The position numbers were made by a program, and so were the translations under genes. From Mycobacterium sp. (lineage in GTDB: Bacteria; Actinomycetota; Actinomycetes; Mycobacteriales; Mycobacteriaceae): a stretch of DNA of 64,000 bases. The notes below the pieces were generated by a model. It had not been told where the DNA came from. It was given only the letters and a program-made list of their open reading frames with translations, and made no database searches. Positions within the stretch are counted from its first letter, which is position 1; each line of letters opens with the position of its first letter. Below are positions 40,041-50,671 of the stretch, piece by piece. The DNA is taken from the NCBI GenBank assembly GCA_035633495.1, contig DASQEU010000143.1. One strand, 5' to 3'.

Positions 40041-40925
40041 CGCCACGCGCGAACTGGCGATCTCCCACTCGATTCGCCGCACCATGTCCCACGGCCGACG
40101 CCGGACGTCATCCGACACGATTGACGTCACCGACCAGTTCATCTCCTGCAGCGCCGCGCGCTTCTGTCTGTCTCGTCGCAGGCTTTCCGGGTCGCTGTGC
40201 CAATCGAATCCGTCGTATTCGACGGCCACCCGCTGATCCGGCCAGGCGAAGTCGAGCCGCCACAACCGCCCGCTCCGGTCGATCAACTCGTACTGCAGCT
40301 CAGGCATCGGCAGTCCTCCGTCGATCATGACCAGCCGCGCCTCACTCTCCATCGGCGACTCGGCCTCACCTGCGGCGAGCTCGATCAACTCGCGAACCTT
40401 CACGATTCCTCGCCGTCCGGTCTGGTTCGCGGCGGCCCGCAACAGGCCGCGGCGCTCGCAGGTGCCGCTGCGCAACGCCGCATCCAGAGTCGCCAACGCC
40501 CGGGGACGACGGAGCCCACGGGCCACCTCGACCGCGGTCCACGCCGGCGCCGTCGCAGGCCTGCCCTCGATCTCACTCAGCGGCGCTCCGTCGCGACGGT
40601 GCACGAATAGACCGTCGGAGTTTCGCAGTTGATGCCGGGCGGGATTCAACACGTGGAGGTCGTCGACGTCTTCGGTGTCGAAGCCGTGGGCCGCCCCCGC
40701 GGTGGACAGGCAGATGGCGACGGGTTCGCCTGCTCTGAGGTCGAGACCTCGCAGCCGGATGAGCGTGTCGATCTCGTCGTGGCTGTAGACCCCGGGCCAC
40801 ACCTTGAGCACGTCGCCGCGTTGGATCCTGGTGTCGAGTTGACTGCGGCTGAAGATCGTCAGCAGTTGGGCGGATGTCGCTACGCCACCTTGCCGTTCGA
40901 AGAGAACGTCGAGATCGTTTGGCAC
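40038..40925 (-). CDS. AbiEi-like/DUF559 (Vsr-like PD-(D/E)xK) predicted endonuclease
   Basis: GGVATSAQL..WPGVY N-terminus. AESPMESEARL..PELQY..RLDFAWPDQRVAVEYDG..H..DRQK C-terminal nuclease-fold motifs. Confidence 0.85.
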   Translation of the reverse strand: MPNDLDVLFERQGGVATSAQLLTIFSRSQLDTRIQRGDVLKVWPGVYSHDEIDTLIRLRGLDLRAGEPVAICLSTAGAAHGFDTEDVDDLHVLNPARHQLRNSDGLFVHRRDGAPLSEIEGRPATAPAWTAVEVARGLRRPRALATLDAALRSGTCERRGLLRAAANQTGRRGIVKVRELIELAAGEAESPMESEARLVMIDGGLPMPELQYELIDRSGRLWRLDFAWPDQRVAVEYDGFDWHSDPESLRRDRQKRAALQEMNWSVTSIVSDDVRRRPWDMVRRIEWEIASSRVA

Positions 40926-41014
40926 GCAGACGATCGTCGGTCACTTCGTGGCCTTCAGCGGGTGCCCGCACGGCATTTGGGGATGAACAAGCGACTGTGG
41001 ACACCTCCGAGCGC

Positions 41015-41075
41015 TGAGCGTGCGCAAACTCGGATTGCGGCCCGGCATGTCGGCCGCAAACACGCACGCTCGCGC
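41015..41075. repeat. Right 61-bp hairpin-forming inverted repeat flanking the DUF559 gene
   Basis: Reverse complement begins GCGCGAGCGTGCGTGTTTGCGGCCGACA, a 28-nt exact match to 39980-40007. Confidence 0.92.
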
Positions 41076-41087
41076 AGGAGGGGAGGG

Positions 41088-42473
41088 CTAGGTGCCCTTG
41101 AGACGCACCGCCAGGTAGTCCGAGACCGCGTCGATCGCCACGCGCTCCTGCGTCATCGCGTCGCGTTCACGGATCGTCACCGCGTGGTCTTCCAGCGAGT
41201 CGAAGTCCAGCGTCACGCAGTACGGCGTGCCGATCTCGTCCTGCCTGCGGTACCGCCGCCCGATAGCGCCCGCATCGTCGAACTCGACGTTCCACGACCT
41301 GCGAAGCTCTGCCGCGAGGTCCTTGGCCTTGGGCGACAGGTCGGCGTTGCGCGACAGCGGCAGCACCGCAGCCTTGACGGGTGCGAGCCGTGGGTCGAGC
41401 TTCAGCACGGTGCGCTTGTCGACGCCACCCTTGGCGTTGGGGGCCTCGTCTTCGTGGTAAGAGTCGACGAGGAAGGCCATCAACGACCGGGTCAGGCCGG
41501 CTGCGGGCTCGATGACGTACGGCGTGTACCGGGTCTCGGTCGCCTGGTCGTAGAACGACAGGTCCGTGCCGGAATGCTTTGAGTGCGTGGACAAGTCGAA
41601 GTCGGTCCGGTTGGCCACGCCTTCGAGCTCACCCCACGGGTTGCCTTGGAAGCCGAACTTGTACTCGATGTCGACCGTGCGGTCGGCGTAGTGCGACAGC
41701 TTCGCCTTCGGGTGCTCGTACAGCCGAAGGTTGTCGGCGTTGATGCCGAGGTCGACGTACCACTGCAGTCGGGTGTCGATCCAGTACTGGTGCCATTCCG
41801 CAGCGGTGGAGGGTTCGACGAAGAACTCCATCTCCATCTGCTCGAACTCCCGGGTGCGGAAGATGAAGTTGCCGGGAGTGATCTCGTTGCGAAAGCTCTT
41901 GCCGATCTGGCCAATTCCGAACGGCGGCTTGCGTCGCGACGTGGTCACGACGTTCGCGAAGTTGACGAAGATGCCCTGCGCCGTCTCCGGGCGTAGGTAG
42001 TGCATGCCCTCTTCGGTCTCGATCGGTCCGAGGTAGGTCTTCAGCATCATGTTGAAGTCGCGCGGCTCGGTCCACTGGCCCTTGGTGCCGCAGTCCGGAC
42101 ACACGATCTCCGTCATCGGCACGGCGTCGGGGTCGTCGAGACCCTTCTTGAGCGCGTACGCCTCCTGCATGTGGTCCTGCCGATGACGCTTGTGGCAGTT
42201 CAGGCACTCGACCAGCGGGTCGTTGAACACCTCGACGTGTCCGGAGGCCACCCACACCTCGCGCGGCAGGATGATCGCGCTGTCGAGGCCGACGACGTCG
42301 TCGCGCCCAGTGACCATCGACCGCCACCATTGCCGCTTGATGTTTTCCTTGAACTCGACGCCCAGTGGGCCGTAATCCCACGCCGACTTGGTGCCGCCGT
42401 AGATCTCACCGGATTGATAGACGAGGCCACGGCGTTTCGCGAGATTGGCAACGGTGTCGATGATGGAGGCCAC
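41088..42473 (-). CDS. glyS: Glycine--tRNA ligase (alpha2 type)
   Basis: [59 protein letters not shown]. Confidence 0.97.
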   Translation of the reverse strand: MASIIDTVANLAKRRGLVYQSGEIYGGTKSAWDYGPLGVEFKENIKRQWWRSMVTGRDDVVGLDSAIILPREVWVASGHVEVFNDPLVECLNCHKRHRQDHMQEAYALKKGLDDPDAVPMTEIVCPDCGTKGQWTEPRDFNMMLKTYLGPIETEEGMHYLRPETAQGIFVNFANVVTTSRRKPPFGIGQIGKSFRNEITPGNFIFRTREFEQMEMEFFVEPSTAAEWHQYWIDTRLQWYVDLGINADNLRLYEHPKAKLSHYADRTVDIEYKFGFQGNPWGELEGVANRTDFDLSTHSKHSGTDLSFYDQATETRYTPYVIEPAAGLTRSLMAFLVDSYHEDEAPNAKGGVDKRTVLKLDPRLAPVKAAVLPLSRNADLSPKAKDLAAELRRSWNVEFDDAGAIGRRYRRQDEIGTPYCVTLDFDSLEDHAVTIRERDAMTQERVAIDAVSDYLAVRLKGT

Positions 42474-42506
42474 GGGTGAACAGCGTAGCGGGCGACTGCC
42501 GCTCGA

Positions 42507-42534
42507 TTGACATGCGTACAGCTGCATGTATTCT
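42507..42534 (+). promoter_or_regulatory. smtB-zur promoter with overlapping palindromic operator
   Basis: TTGACA (42507) - 16 nt - TATTCT (42529). Inverted repeat ACATGC-n8-GCATGT (42510-42529). ATG 9 nt downstream suggests a near-leaderless mRNA. Confidence 0.7.
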
Positions 42535-42542
42535 GGCGCATA

Positions 42543-42920
42543 ATGAAAACGATTTCCAATGTGGCTGCGGAGGCACACGCCGACCACGCCCACGGTGGAG
42601 CCCCGGCCCACGAGGTGCCACCACGCCACGTGCTCGACACGGCCGGTGACCTCTTGCGAGCGCTGGCGGCCCCGGTCCGAATCGCGATCGTGCTCCAGCT
42701 TCGCGAATCGTCCCGATGCGTGCACGAACTCGTCGACGCGCTCGCCGTGCCACAGCCACTGGTGAGCCAGCACCTCCGCATTCTGAAGTCCGCAGGAGTC
42801 GTCGCCGGGGAGCGCACCGGGCGCGAAGTGCGCTACCGGCTGGTGGATCATCACCTCAGCGACATCGTGCTGGCAGCCATCGCCCACGCCGGCGAGTCCG
42901 CCGGGGACGAGTCACGATGA
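42543..42920 (+). CDS. smtB: ArsR/SmtB-family zinc-sensing repressor (Rv2358-like)
   Basis: [34 protein letters not shown]. Upstream of zur. Confidence 0.9.
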   Translation: MKTISNVAAEAHADHAHGGAPAHEVPPRHVLDTAGDLLRALAAPVRIAIVLQLRESSRCVHELVDALAVPQPLVSQHLRILKSAGVVAGERTGREVRYRLVDHHLSDIVLAAIAHAGESAGDESR

Positions 42921-43312
42921 GCGGCACCGCGGTCCGCTCCACGCGGCAGCGCGTCGCCATCTCGGCGCTGCTGGAGAACGTGGACGAATTCCGCTCCGCC
43001 CAGGAACTTCACGACGAACTACGCCGCCGCGGCGAGGGCATCGGCCTGACCACCGTGTATCGCACGCTTCAGTCGATGGCGTCGGCCGGGCTGCTCGACA
43101 CGCTGCGCACCGACACCGGCGAATCGGTCTACCGCCGGTGTTCGCAGCACCACCACCATCACCTGGTGTGCCGGGCCTGCGGCTCCACCGTCGAGGTGGA
43201 GGGCGGCGCGGCGGAGGCCTGGGCCACCGACGTCGCCGCCCAGCATGGTTTCTCCGACGTCAGCCACACCATCGAGATCTTCGGGGTGTGCGGTGACTGC
43301 ACGGTCGGCTGA
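42917..43312 (+). CDS. zur: Zinc uptake regulator (FurB)
   Basis: GLTTVYRTL, HHHHHLVCRACG, HTIEIFGVCGDC. Confidence 0.93.
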   Translation: MSGTAVRSTRQRVAISALLENVDEFRSAQELHDELRRRGEGIGLTTVYRTLQSMASAGLLDTLRTDTGESVYRRCSQHHHHHLVCRACGSTVEVEGGAAEAWATDVAAQHGFSDVSHTIEIFGVCGDCTVG

Positions 43313-43315
43313 TCG

Positions 43316-43765
43316 TCAGCCCGTTAGTGCGGTGCGCACGTCGGCGCCCGTGGTGAGCACGAGCAGGATCAACGTGCGCAACGCGGCCTCGGTGAGACCG
43401 GCGGCGGGAAAGTTGTAGCGCAGCATCACGTCTGCGACCTTCTTGACCGCGGACTTGCGCGTCGCCCTGCCCGACGAACCGTTGGCGGGCGCGGGTGGAC
43501 CATCGGCCACCTTCTCGACGAGCGCCACGGTGCCGAGCATCGTCCGCCCCGCTTGCTCGGCGACGCGTTCGCGAATCTTGTTGTTCAGCGGCAGATCCCA
43601 CGCCAGCGGTTGCGTGAGCGACACCATCTCGAGGCCCTCGGCGATGGTGACGACCCGCAGTGACGCCACCAGACCGTCCACAGTGACCGTGAGGGCACCG
43701 TCTGACTCCTCGACGAGCGTCGTCACCTCCGCCAGCGCGGAGGTCAGTCGCTCGAGAAGTGTCAT
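43316..43765 (-). CDS. Conserved hypothetical protein (Rv2360c-like)
   Basis: 149-aa ORF coupled to the uppS stop. Conserved position. Confidence 0.8.
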   Translation of the reverse strand: MTLLERLTSALAEVTTLVEESDGALTVTVDGLVASLRVVTIAEGLEMVSLTQPLAWDLPLNNKIRERVAEQAGRTMLGTVALVEKVADGPPAPANGSSGRATRKSAVKKVADVMLRYNFPAAGLTEAALRTLILLVLTTGADVRTALTG

Positions 43766-44661
43766 CAGGCCCTACCGAAGCGACGGTTGCGGTTGACGTA
43801 CTCCACGCACGCCGCCCACAGATCGCGACGGTCGTAGTCGGGCCAAAGCTTGTCCTGAAACACGTACTCGGCGTAGGCGGCCTGCCACAGCAGGAAGTTG
43901 CTGGCCCGCTGCTCCCCCGACGTCCGGATGAACAGGTCGACGTCGGGGATGTCGTCGCGGTGCAGGTGCTTGGCGAAGGTGGCCTCGCTGATTCGGCTCG
44001 GGTTGACCTTGCCGTCGACCGCGAGCTGGGCCAGCTCCTGGGCCGCCTCGACGATCTCGGTGCGCCCGCCGTAGTTGACGCAGTAGTTGATGGTGATGAC
44101 GTCGTTGCCCACGGTCATCTTCTCGGCGATGTCGAATTCCTTGATGACGCTGCTCCACATGCGCGGCCGCGACCCGACCCACCGCATGCGCACGCCCATC
44201 GCATTGAGGTTCTCGCGGCGGCGGCGCACCACCTCGCGGTTGAAGCCCATCAGGAAGCGCACCTCTTCGGTACTGCGCTTCCAGTTCTCCGTGGAGAACG
44301 CGTACACGGTGAGGTGCTTGATGCCGAGCTCGATGGCGCCGCAGGTGATGTCGATCAGCACCGCCTCGCCCATCTTGTGGCCGTCGGTGCGGCCGAGGCC
44401 CCGCTGCGTAGCCCAGCGGCCGTTGCCGTCCATCACCACCGCGACGTGGCTGGGCACCTGGCCAGCCGGAATCAGCGGTGCCGACTCCTTCGACGTGTGC
44501 TGCGGAGGTCGCGAGAACCTCCCGTTGGTCCCGGGCGGCAGCTCGGGGAACACCACCGGCCAGGTGGACTTGTCCGGAAAGGTCGGATAGTCGTCAGGCG
44601 CCGGAGGCAGCTGGGGGTAGGTGTCCTTCTTCGCCCGCTGCCCATCCCGCTTCAACGCCAT
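43765..44661 (-). CDS. uppS: Decaprenyl/undecaprenyl diphosphate synthase
   Basis: [39 protein letters not shown]. Confidence 0.95.
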   Translation of the reverse strand: MALKRDGQRAKKDTYPQLPPAPDDYPTFPDKSTWPVVFPELPPGTNGRFSRPPQHTSKESAPLIPAGQVPSHVAVVMDGNGRWATQRGLGRTDGHKMGEAVLIDITCGAIELGIKHLTVYAFSTENWKRSTEEVRFLMGFNREVVRRRRENLNAMGVRMRWVGSRPRMWSSVIKEFDIAEKMTVGNDVITINYCVNYGGRTEIVEAAQELAQLAVDGKVNPSRISEATFAKHLHRDDIPDVDLFIRTSGEQRASNFLLWQAAYAEYVFQDKLWPDYDRRDLWAACVEYVNRNRRFGRA

Positions 44662-45451
44662 GCGCCTCATCCTGCCCGAACAGGGCGACTCGTCGTTCAG
44701 CGACCGTGCGATCAACCCGGTAGGCGCGCTCCACCAGCGGCAACGTCCGCAGTTGGCGCTCGAGGTGCCACTGCAGGTGCGCCGCCACCAGTCCGCTGGC
44801 CTGGCTGCGGTACGACGACGTGGACGCCTCCGCGGCGGGCCAGTCCCCGTCGTGCAGGGCGGACATCAGGTCCAGCACGCCCTGGGGCGGGGTCACCGAG
44901 CCGGACGGCCTGCAGTGCATGCACACACTGCCGCCCGCGGCGACGTGGAACGCGCGGTGCGGCCCCGGCGCCGCGCAGCGCGCGCACTCGGTGAGCGCGG
45001 GGGCCCACCCCGCAATTCCCATGGCCCGCAACAGGTATGCATCGAGTACCAGCTCACGCGGCCGGGTGCCGTCGGCTACGGCACGCAACGCCGCGACGGT
45101 GAGCCGGTGCAGGGCAGGTGACGGGGCGCGTTCCTCACCGGCCAGCCGCTCGGCCGTCTCCAGGACCGCGCACCCACAGGTATAGCGGCCGTATTCGCTG
45201 ACGATGTCACTGGCGAACGCATCGATGGCCTGCACCTGCGTGACGACGTCGAGGTTGCGGCCCGGGTACAGCTGAACGTCGATGTGGGCGAACGGCTCGA
45301 GCCGCGCCCCGAACTTGCTCCGGGTACGACGCACGCCCTTGGCCACGGCACGGACCAACCCGTGCTCGAGGGTGAGCAGAGTCACGATCCGATCCGCCTC
45401 GCCGAGCTTGTGCTGGCGCAGCACGACAGCCCGATCCCGGTACAACCGCAT
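44594..45451 (-). CDS. recO: DNA repair protein RecO
   Basis: [20 protein letters not shown]. Zn motif CARC..CMHC. Confidence 0.95.
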   Translation of the reverse strand: MRLYRDRAVVLRQHKLGEADRIVTLLTLEHGLVRAVAKGVRRTRSKFGARLEPFAHIDVQLYPGRNLDVVTQVQAIDAFASDIVSEYGRYTCGCAVLETAERLAGEERAPSPALHRLTVAALRAVADGTRPRELVLDAYLLRAMGIAGWAPALTECARCAAPGPHRAFHVAAGGSVCMHCRPSGSVTPPQGVLDLMSALHDGDWPAAEASTSSYRSQASGLVAAHLQWHLERQLRTLPLVERAYRVDRTVAERRVALFGQDEAHGVEAGWAAGEEGHLPPAASGA

Positions 45452-45515
45452 CTGCCCAGTCTCCCACCTCGTACCGACCGCGCCGCGAAGGCACGTCCGG
45501 ATATTCTCGTTTCAA

Positions 45516-46976
45516 ATGGCAGACACCTCATCCAGCGGGTCGAGCAAGCGGCCCCCCGGCACCTCGCTACCCACTGTGACCCAGTTGCAGTACCGCCTTG
45601 CCAGCGGCAAGGTCACGTCTACCGAGTTGACTACGCGCTCACTTCGCGCGATCGAGGCCAGCCAGTCCACACTCAACGCCTTCCGCGTGGTGCTGACCGA
45701 TCAGGCGTTGGCCGACGCGGCCGAAGCCGACCGCAAACACGCTGCGGGACAATACCTTCCGCTCCTGGGCATCCCGATTGCGGTCAAGGACGACGTCGAC
45801 GTGGCGGGTGTTCCCACCCGGTTCGGCACGTCCGGTGAGGTTCCGGCGACGACGGCGGACGCCGAGGTGGTGCGCAGGCTCCGCGCGGCAGGCGCCGTGA
45901 TCGTCGGCAAGACCAACACCTGCGAGCTGGGCCAGTGGCCGTTCACCAGCGGGCCGGCCTTCGGCCATACACGCAATCCCTGGTCAGCGGACCACACTCC
46001 GGGCGGCTCCTCGGGCGGGAGCGCAGCGGCGGTGGCCGCCGGGCTGGTGACCGCGGCCATCGGCTCGGACGGTGCGGGCAGCGTTCGCATTCCCGCGGCC
46101 TGGACCCATCTCGTCGGCATCAAACCCCAGCGTGGCCGGATCTCGACCTGGCCGCTGCCCGAGGCGTTCAACGGAATCACGGTCAATGGCGTGCTGGCCC
46201 GCACGGTCGCCGACGCGGCGCTGGTGCTCGACGCCGCCTCCGGCAACGCCGACGGGGACCTCCACCGGCCGCCGCCGGTGACGGTCTCCGAGTACGTCAG
46301 CCAGGCGCCGGGTCCGCTGACCGTAGCAATGTCGACGAAGTTTCCCTTCACGGGTTTCCGGGCCAAGCTCCATCCCGAGATCCTGGCCGCGATGGAGACG
46401 ATGGCCGGACAGCTCGAGGAGCTCGGGCACACCGTGCGGCCGGCCGACCCCGACTACGGCCTGCGCACCTCCTGGAACTTCTTGTCCCGCTCGATGTCCG
46501 GGCTGCTGGACTGGGCTCACCGGCTCGGACCGGGCGTGACGTTCGACGAGCGCACCAGGAGCAACATGCGGATGGGGCGGTTGCTGTCCGAGAAGATCCT
46601 GCGCGACGCCCGCCGCCGCGAGGCGGAATCCCAGCGTCGCATCGGGTGGATCTTCAACCTCGCCGACGTGGTGCTAGCTCCGACGACGGCCCTTCCGCCG
46701 CCGCAGGTCCACGACTTCGACCGGCGCGGCGGACTGTCCACCGACCGCGCGATGATCCGCGCATGTCCCGTGACCTGGCCCTGGAACCTGCTCGGCTGGC
46801 CGTCGATCAACATTCCCGCCGGCTTCACCTCCGACGGCCTGCCGATCGGCGTTCAGCTCATGGGGCCTGCGAACAGCGAACCGTTGCTCATCTCGCTTGC
46901 CGCCGAACTCGAAGCGATCGGCAACTGGTCGAACGCACAGCCCGACCCGTGGTGGGAGGAATCCGGCGCCGAGTAA
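45516..46976 (+). CDS. Amidase-signature family amidase (AmiA2-like)
   Basis: PIAVKDD, GKTN, PGGSSGGSAAAV, GSDGAGSVRIPA. Confidence 0.93.
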   Translation: MADTSSSGSSKRPPGTSLPTVTQLQYRLASGKVTSTELTTRSLRAIEASQSTLNAFRVVLTDQALADAAEADRKHAAGQYLPLLGIPIAVKDDVDVAGVPTRFGTSGEVPATTADAEVVRRLRAAGAVIVGKTNTCELGQWPFTSGPAFGHTRNPWSADHTPGGSSGGSAAAVAAGLVTAAIGSDGAGSVRIPAAWTHLVGIKPQRGRISTWPLPEAFNGITVNGVLARTVADAALVLDAASGNADGDLHRPPPVTVSEYVSQAPGPLTVAMSTKFPFTGFRAKLHPEILAAMETMAGQLEELGHTVRPADPDYGLRTSWNFLSRSMSGLLDWAHRLGPGVTFDERTRSNMRMGRLLSEKILRDARRREAESQRRIGWIFNLADVVLAPTTALPPPQVHDFDRRGGLSTDRAMIRACPVTWPWNLLGWPSINIPAGFTSDGLPIGVQLMGPANSEPLLISLAAELEAIGNWSNAQPDPWWEESGAE

Positions 46977-47012
46977 CCGCTGATCGCGCACCGGGGGTGC
47001 GCAACCCGCGTA

Positions 47013-47522
47013 ATGTCCAGCAACGTGACGATTTCTGACGCTGCGCGGTTCTGCGCACGGACGTTGCCGATATTGGCGGTCGCGGGTGGCGCTGTGGTCG
47101 CGATGCCCGCCGCGCACGCCGACAACAAGCGGCTCAACGACGGCGTCGTCGCCAATGTCTACACCATCCAGCTTCAGCACGGTTGCAGCGGCGACGTGAA
47201 GATCAACCCGCAACTGCGGCTGGCCGCGCAATGGCATGCCAACGACGTACTCAACAACCGCGCGCTCGACGGCGACGTCGGCTCGGACGGTTCGACGGTC
47301 CAGGACCGCGCCAACGCCGCGGGATTCAAGGGCATCGCATCGGAGACGGTGGCGATCAACCCGGCCCTGGCGATCAGCGGCATCGAGATCATGAACAACT
47401 GGTACTACCGCCCCGACTACATGGACATCATGTCCAACTGCGCCAACACGCAGATCGGCGTCTGGTCGGTGAACAGCCTGGACCGCTCGGTCGTCGTCGC
47501 GGTCTACGGCCAGCCCACCTGA
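47013..47522 (+). CDS. Secreted CAP (SCP-like) domain protein
   Basis: Signal peptide, then LRLAAQWHANDV..GSDGSTVQDRA..ETVA..W..I..NCANTQIGV. Confidence 0.85.
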   Translation: MSSNVTISDAARFCARTLPILAVAGGAVVAMPAAHADNKRLNDGVVANVYTIQLQHGCSGDVKINPQLRLAAQWHANDVLNNRALDGDVGSDGSTVQDRANAAGFKGIASETVAINPALAISGIEIMNNWYYRPDYMDIMSNCANTQIGVWSVNSLDRSVVVAVYGQPT

Positions 47523-47588
47523 GCGACCTTGGCGCGCACACCGCGTCATTCGTGAATCTCACGACGCGACACGCGCGTCAAGAGTCGC
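47523..47588. repeat. Imperfect ~66-nt palindrome between convergent genes (REP-like or bidirectional terminator)
   Basis: Outer arms GCGAC/GTCGC and CTTGGCGCGC vs the reverse complement CTTGACGCGC. Inner TCGTGA-atc-TCACGA. Confidence 0.6.
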
Positions 47589-47629
47589 CGGTTTCACCCT
47601 GGCGGTGCCGGTCAGCCCCTACTGCCAGA

Positions 47630-48541
47630 CTAGAAGCCCAGTCGGCCAAGCTGTTTCGGGTCCCGCTGCCAGTTCTTGGCGATCTTGACGCGGAGGTCGA
47701 GGTACACCTTGGTGCCGAGCAGCGTCTCGATCTGATGACGTGCCGCGGTGCCGACCTCTCGCAACCGGGCGCCGCCCTTGCCGATGACGATGCCCTTCTG
47801 CGAGTCCCGTTCGACGTAGAGGATCGCGTGCACGTCGATGAGGTCGTCGCGACCTTCTCGCGGTTCCACCTCGTCGATCACCACGGCCAGTGAGTGCGGC
47901 AGCTCGTCACGTACCCCCTCGAGCGCGGCCTCGCGGATCAGCTCGGCCATCAGGACTTCCTCGGGCTCGTCGGTCAGCTCCCCGTCGGGATAGAAGGCCG
48001 GGCCCGGAGGCAGCTGGGCAGCCAACACGTCGGTGAGCAGGTCGACCTGCTCTCCGGTGGTGGCCGATACGGGCACGATCTCGGCGGTGCCACCGGTGAG
48101 CTCGCTGGCGGCCATCAGCTGCGCGGCGACCTTCTCCTTGGAGACCTTGTCGATCTTGGTCACGACGACGATGAGCGTGGTGCGTGGTGCGACCGCACGG
48201 ATCTGCTCGTAGATCCACCGGTCGCCGGGCCCGATGGCCTCGTCGGCGGGGATGCACAGCCCGATGACGTCGACCTCGGAGTAGGTGGCCTTGACCAGTT
48301 CGTTGAGCCGCTCGCCCAGCAGCGTCCGGGGCCGGTGCAGCCCGGGGGTGTCGACGAGGATGATCTGGAAGTTCTCGCGGTGCACGATGCCGCGGATGGT
48401 GTGGCGGGTGGTCTGCGGACGGTTCGACGTAATCGCCACCTTCGCCCCGACGAGGGCGTTGGTGAGCGTGGACTTGCCGGTGTTCGGTCTGCCGACGAAG
48501 CAGACGAAGCCAGAGCGGTATTCGGCCACCTCGGCGCTCAC
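47630..48541 (-). CDS. era: GTPase Era
   Basis: GRPNTGKS, QTTR, DTPG, TKID, KH domain VIGKGG. Confidence 0.97.
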   Translation of the reverse strand: MSAEVAEYRSGFVCFVGRPNTGKSTLTNALVGAKVAITSNRPQTTRHTIRGIVHRENFQIILVDTPGLHRPRTLLGERLNELVKATYSEVDVIGLCIPADEAIGPGDRWIYEQIRAVAPRTTLIVVVTKIDKVSKEKVAAQLMAASELTGGTAEIVPVSATTGEQVDLLTDVLAAQLPPGPAFYPDGELTDEPEEVLMAELIREAALEGVRDELPHSLAVVIDEVEPREGRDDLIDVHAILYVERDSQKGIVIGKGGARLREVGTAARHQIETLLGTKVYLDLRVKIAKNWQRDPKQLGRLGF

Positions 48542-48855
48542 GGGATCGGGTTTCCGGCACGGTCGGTGACGATGACGGCGGCGTCGACGGTCAACTCGCG
48601 CACTGCGGCGACCCCTGCGTCATCCGTCGAGCCGGCCACCAGCACGGCGGCCTCGAGGCCCGCCGCCCCACTCGACACGGCCGCGGCCACCGCCGCCTGC
48701 AGTGCCGTCAACGTCAGCGACTCCAGCGTCACCGGAGCACCTGCGTAGGTTCGCCCGTCCACGTCACGCACTGCGGCACCGCTGCTCGCCTCCGCGCGTC
48801 CCATCGCGCCACGGGCGAGCGTGACCAGCTTGGCGTCCTCGGCGTCGAGGCTCAT
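48538..48855 (-). CDS. Cytidine deaminase-like protein (Rv2365c-like)
   Basis: [23 protein letters not shown]. No obvious zinc-binding Cys pair. Confidence 0.8.
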   Translation of the reverse strand: MSLDAEDAKLVTLARGAMGRAEASSGAAVRDVDGRTYAGAPVTLESLTLTALQAAVAAAVSSGAAGLEAAVLVAGSTDDAGVAAVRELTVDAAVIVTDRAGNPIP

Positions 48856-50138
48856 TCGGCGTCCCCTTCCTTCTGCTCGGCGGGCATGACGAGCACGGTG
48901 CCGATACGCACCCGGCCGCGATGATCGCGACCGCCCTCGGCGCGCAGCCGCAACGCATCCCAGGTGACCTCGGCGCCGGGTAGTGGCACGCGACCCAGTT
49001 CGTGGGCCAGCAGCCCGCCGACGGTGTCGACGTCCAGGTCGTCGTCGAGCTCGAGATCGTAGAGCTCCGCGAGGTCCTCCAGCGGCAACCGGGGGGACAC
49101 GCGAAAGTTCTTGTCGCCCAGATCCTCTACGGGAGCGACTTCGTCGGTGTCGTACTCGTCGGCGATCTCACCGACGATCTCCTCCAGCACGTCCTCGATG
49201 GTGACCAGACCCGCGATCGCGCCGTACTCGTCGACCAGGAGTGCCATGTGGTTGCGGTCCCTCTGCATCTCACGCAGCAGTGCGTCCAGCGGCTTGGAGT
49301 CCGGCACGAACACCGGCGGGCGCATCACCTCGCCGACCCTGGTATCGATGCCACCGTTGCTGTAATACGTCTGCTGGACGAGGTCCTTGAGATAGACGAC
49401 GCCGACGATGTCGTCGACGTTCTCGCCGACGACCGGCAGGCGGGAGTGCCCGCTGCGCACCGCGAGTGACGTGGCCTGCCCGGCGGTCTTGTCCGATTCG
49501 ATCCACACCATCTCGGTGCGCGGCACCATCACCTCGCGGGCGCCGGTGTCTCCGAGATCGAACACCGACTGGATCATCCTGCGCTCGTCGTCGGCGACGA
49601 TTCCGCGTTGCTGGGCGAGGTCGACGACCTCCCGCAGTTCGATCTCGGACGCGAATGGACCGTTGCGGAAGCCGCGGCCGGGTGTCAGCGCGTTGCCGAT
49701 CAGCACCAGCAGCCGGCTGATGGGCGTCAGCAGCACCGAGATCGCCTGCAGCGGAAGGGTTGCCCCCAACGCGATGGTGTACGCATGCTGTCTGCCGAGC
49801 GTGCGCGGCCCGACACCGATGGCGACGAAGCTGACCACGACCATGATGGCGGCCGCAGCGAGCAGTCCCCAGGTCAGGCCGAGGTCCTCGTAAAGGAAGG
49901 CCACCAACAGAACGGTCGCGGCGGTCTCACACGTGATGCGCAGCAGCACGATGAGGTTGATGTAGCGCGGTCGATCGTCGATCAGCCGGGCCAGCCGCGC
50001 AGCTCCCGGCCGCTCGTCGCGAACCAGCTCGTCGACCCTGGCGATGGAGACGGTGCTGATGGCGGCATCGACTGCCGCGAACACGCCTCCGAGCGCGATG
50101 AGCGCGACTGCGCCCAGGAGAGAAGAGATTCCGGTCAC
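48852..50138 (-). CDS. HlyC/CorC (hemolysin/CNNM) family transporter with CBS domains
   Basis: DUF21 TM region, [41 protein letters not shown]. Confidence 0.93.
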   Translation of the reverse strand: MTGISSLLGAVALIALGGVFAAVDAAISTVSIARVDELVRDERPGAARLARLIDDRPRYINLIVLLRITCETAATVLLVAFLYEDLGLTWGLLAAAAIMVVVSFVAIGVGPRTLGRQHAYTIALGATLPLQAISVLLTPISRLLVLIGNALTPGRGFRNGPFASEIELREVVDLAQQRGIVADDERRMIQSVFDLGDTGAREVMVPRTEMVWIESDKTAGQATSLAVRSGHSRLPVVGENVDDIVGVVYLKDLVQQTYYSNGGIDTRVGEVMRPPVFVPDSKPLDALLREMQRDRNHMALLVDEYGAIAGLVTIEDVLEEIVGEIADEYDTDEVAPVEDLGDKNFRVSPRLPLEDLAELYDLELDDDLDVDTVGGLLAHELGRVPLPGAEVTWDALRLRAEGGRDHRGRVRIGTVLVMPAEQKEGDAE

Positions 50139-50671
50139 GGTTCGTCGAAGTACTGGGACTTGTCCAACAGTGTGCGGTCCTTCTCGCTCTGCCGGTCCTG
50201 GTGGTAGGCGGCGACCTGGTCGGCGACCCACCCCTCGAGCAGTTCGCGTTGCAGGGCGAACATCTCCCTCTCCTCGTCCGGCTCGGCGTGGTCGTAACCG
50301 AGCAGGTGCAGCACGCCGTGCACGGTCAGCAGCGCGAGTTCGTGACCGAGCGAATGCCCGGCCTTCTCAGCCTGTTTGGCCGCGAACTCGGGGCACAGCA
50401 CGATGTCGCCGAGCATCGACGGGCCCGGCTCGGGCGCGTCGGGGCGGCCACCCGGCTCGAGCTCGTCCATCGGGAAGCTCATCACGTCCGTCGGGCCGGG
50501 CAGGTCCATCCACCTCGTGTGAAGGTCGGCCATCGCCGGGGTGTCGAGCAACACCATGGACAGCTCGGCGCCCGGGTTGACGTCCATCTTCGCGATGACG
50601 AACCGCGCGACACTGATCAGTTCGTTCTCGGACACGTCGATGCCCGACTCGTTGGAGACCTCGATGCTCAC
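50135..50671 (-). CDS. ybeY: rRNA maturation endoribonuclease YbeY
   Basis: [26 protein letters not shown]. Confidence 0.96.
   Translation of the reverse strand: MSIEVSNESGIDVSENELISVARFVIAKMDVNPGAELSMVLLDTPAMADLHTRWMDLPGPTDVMSFPMDELEPGGRPDAPEPGPSMLGDIVLCPEFAAKQAEKAGHSLGHELALLTVHGVLHLLGYDHAEPDEEREMFALQRELLEGWVADQVAAYHQDRQSEKDRTLLDKSQYFDEP

Noticed and set aside
46986-47002. GCGCACC-ggg-GGTGCGC hairpin after the amidase
   Set aside because: It is a short GC stem with no U-tract, too common to call as a terminator.
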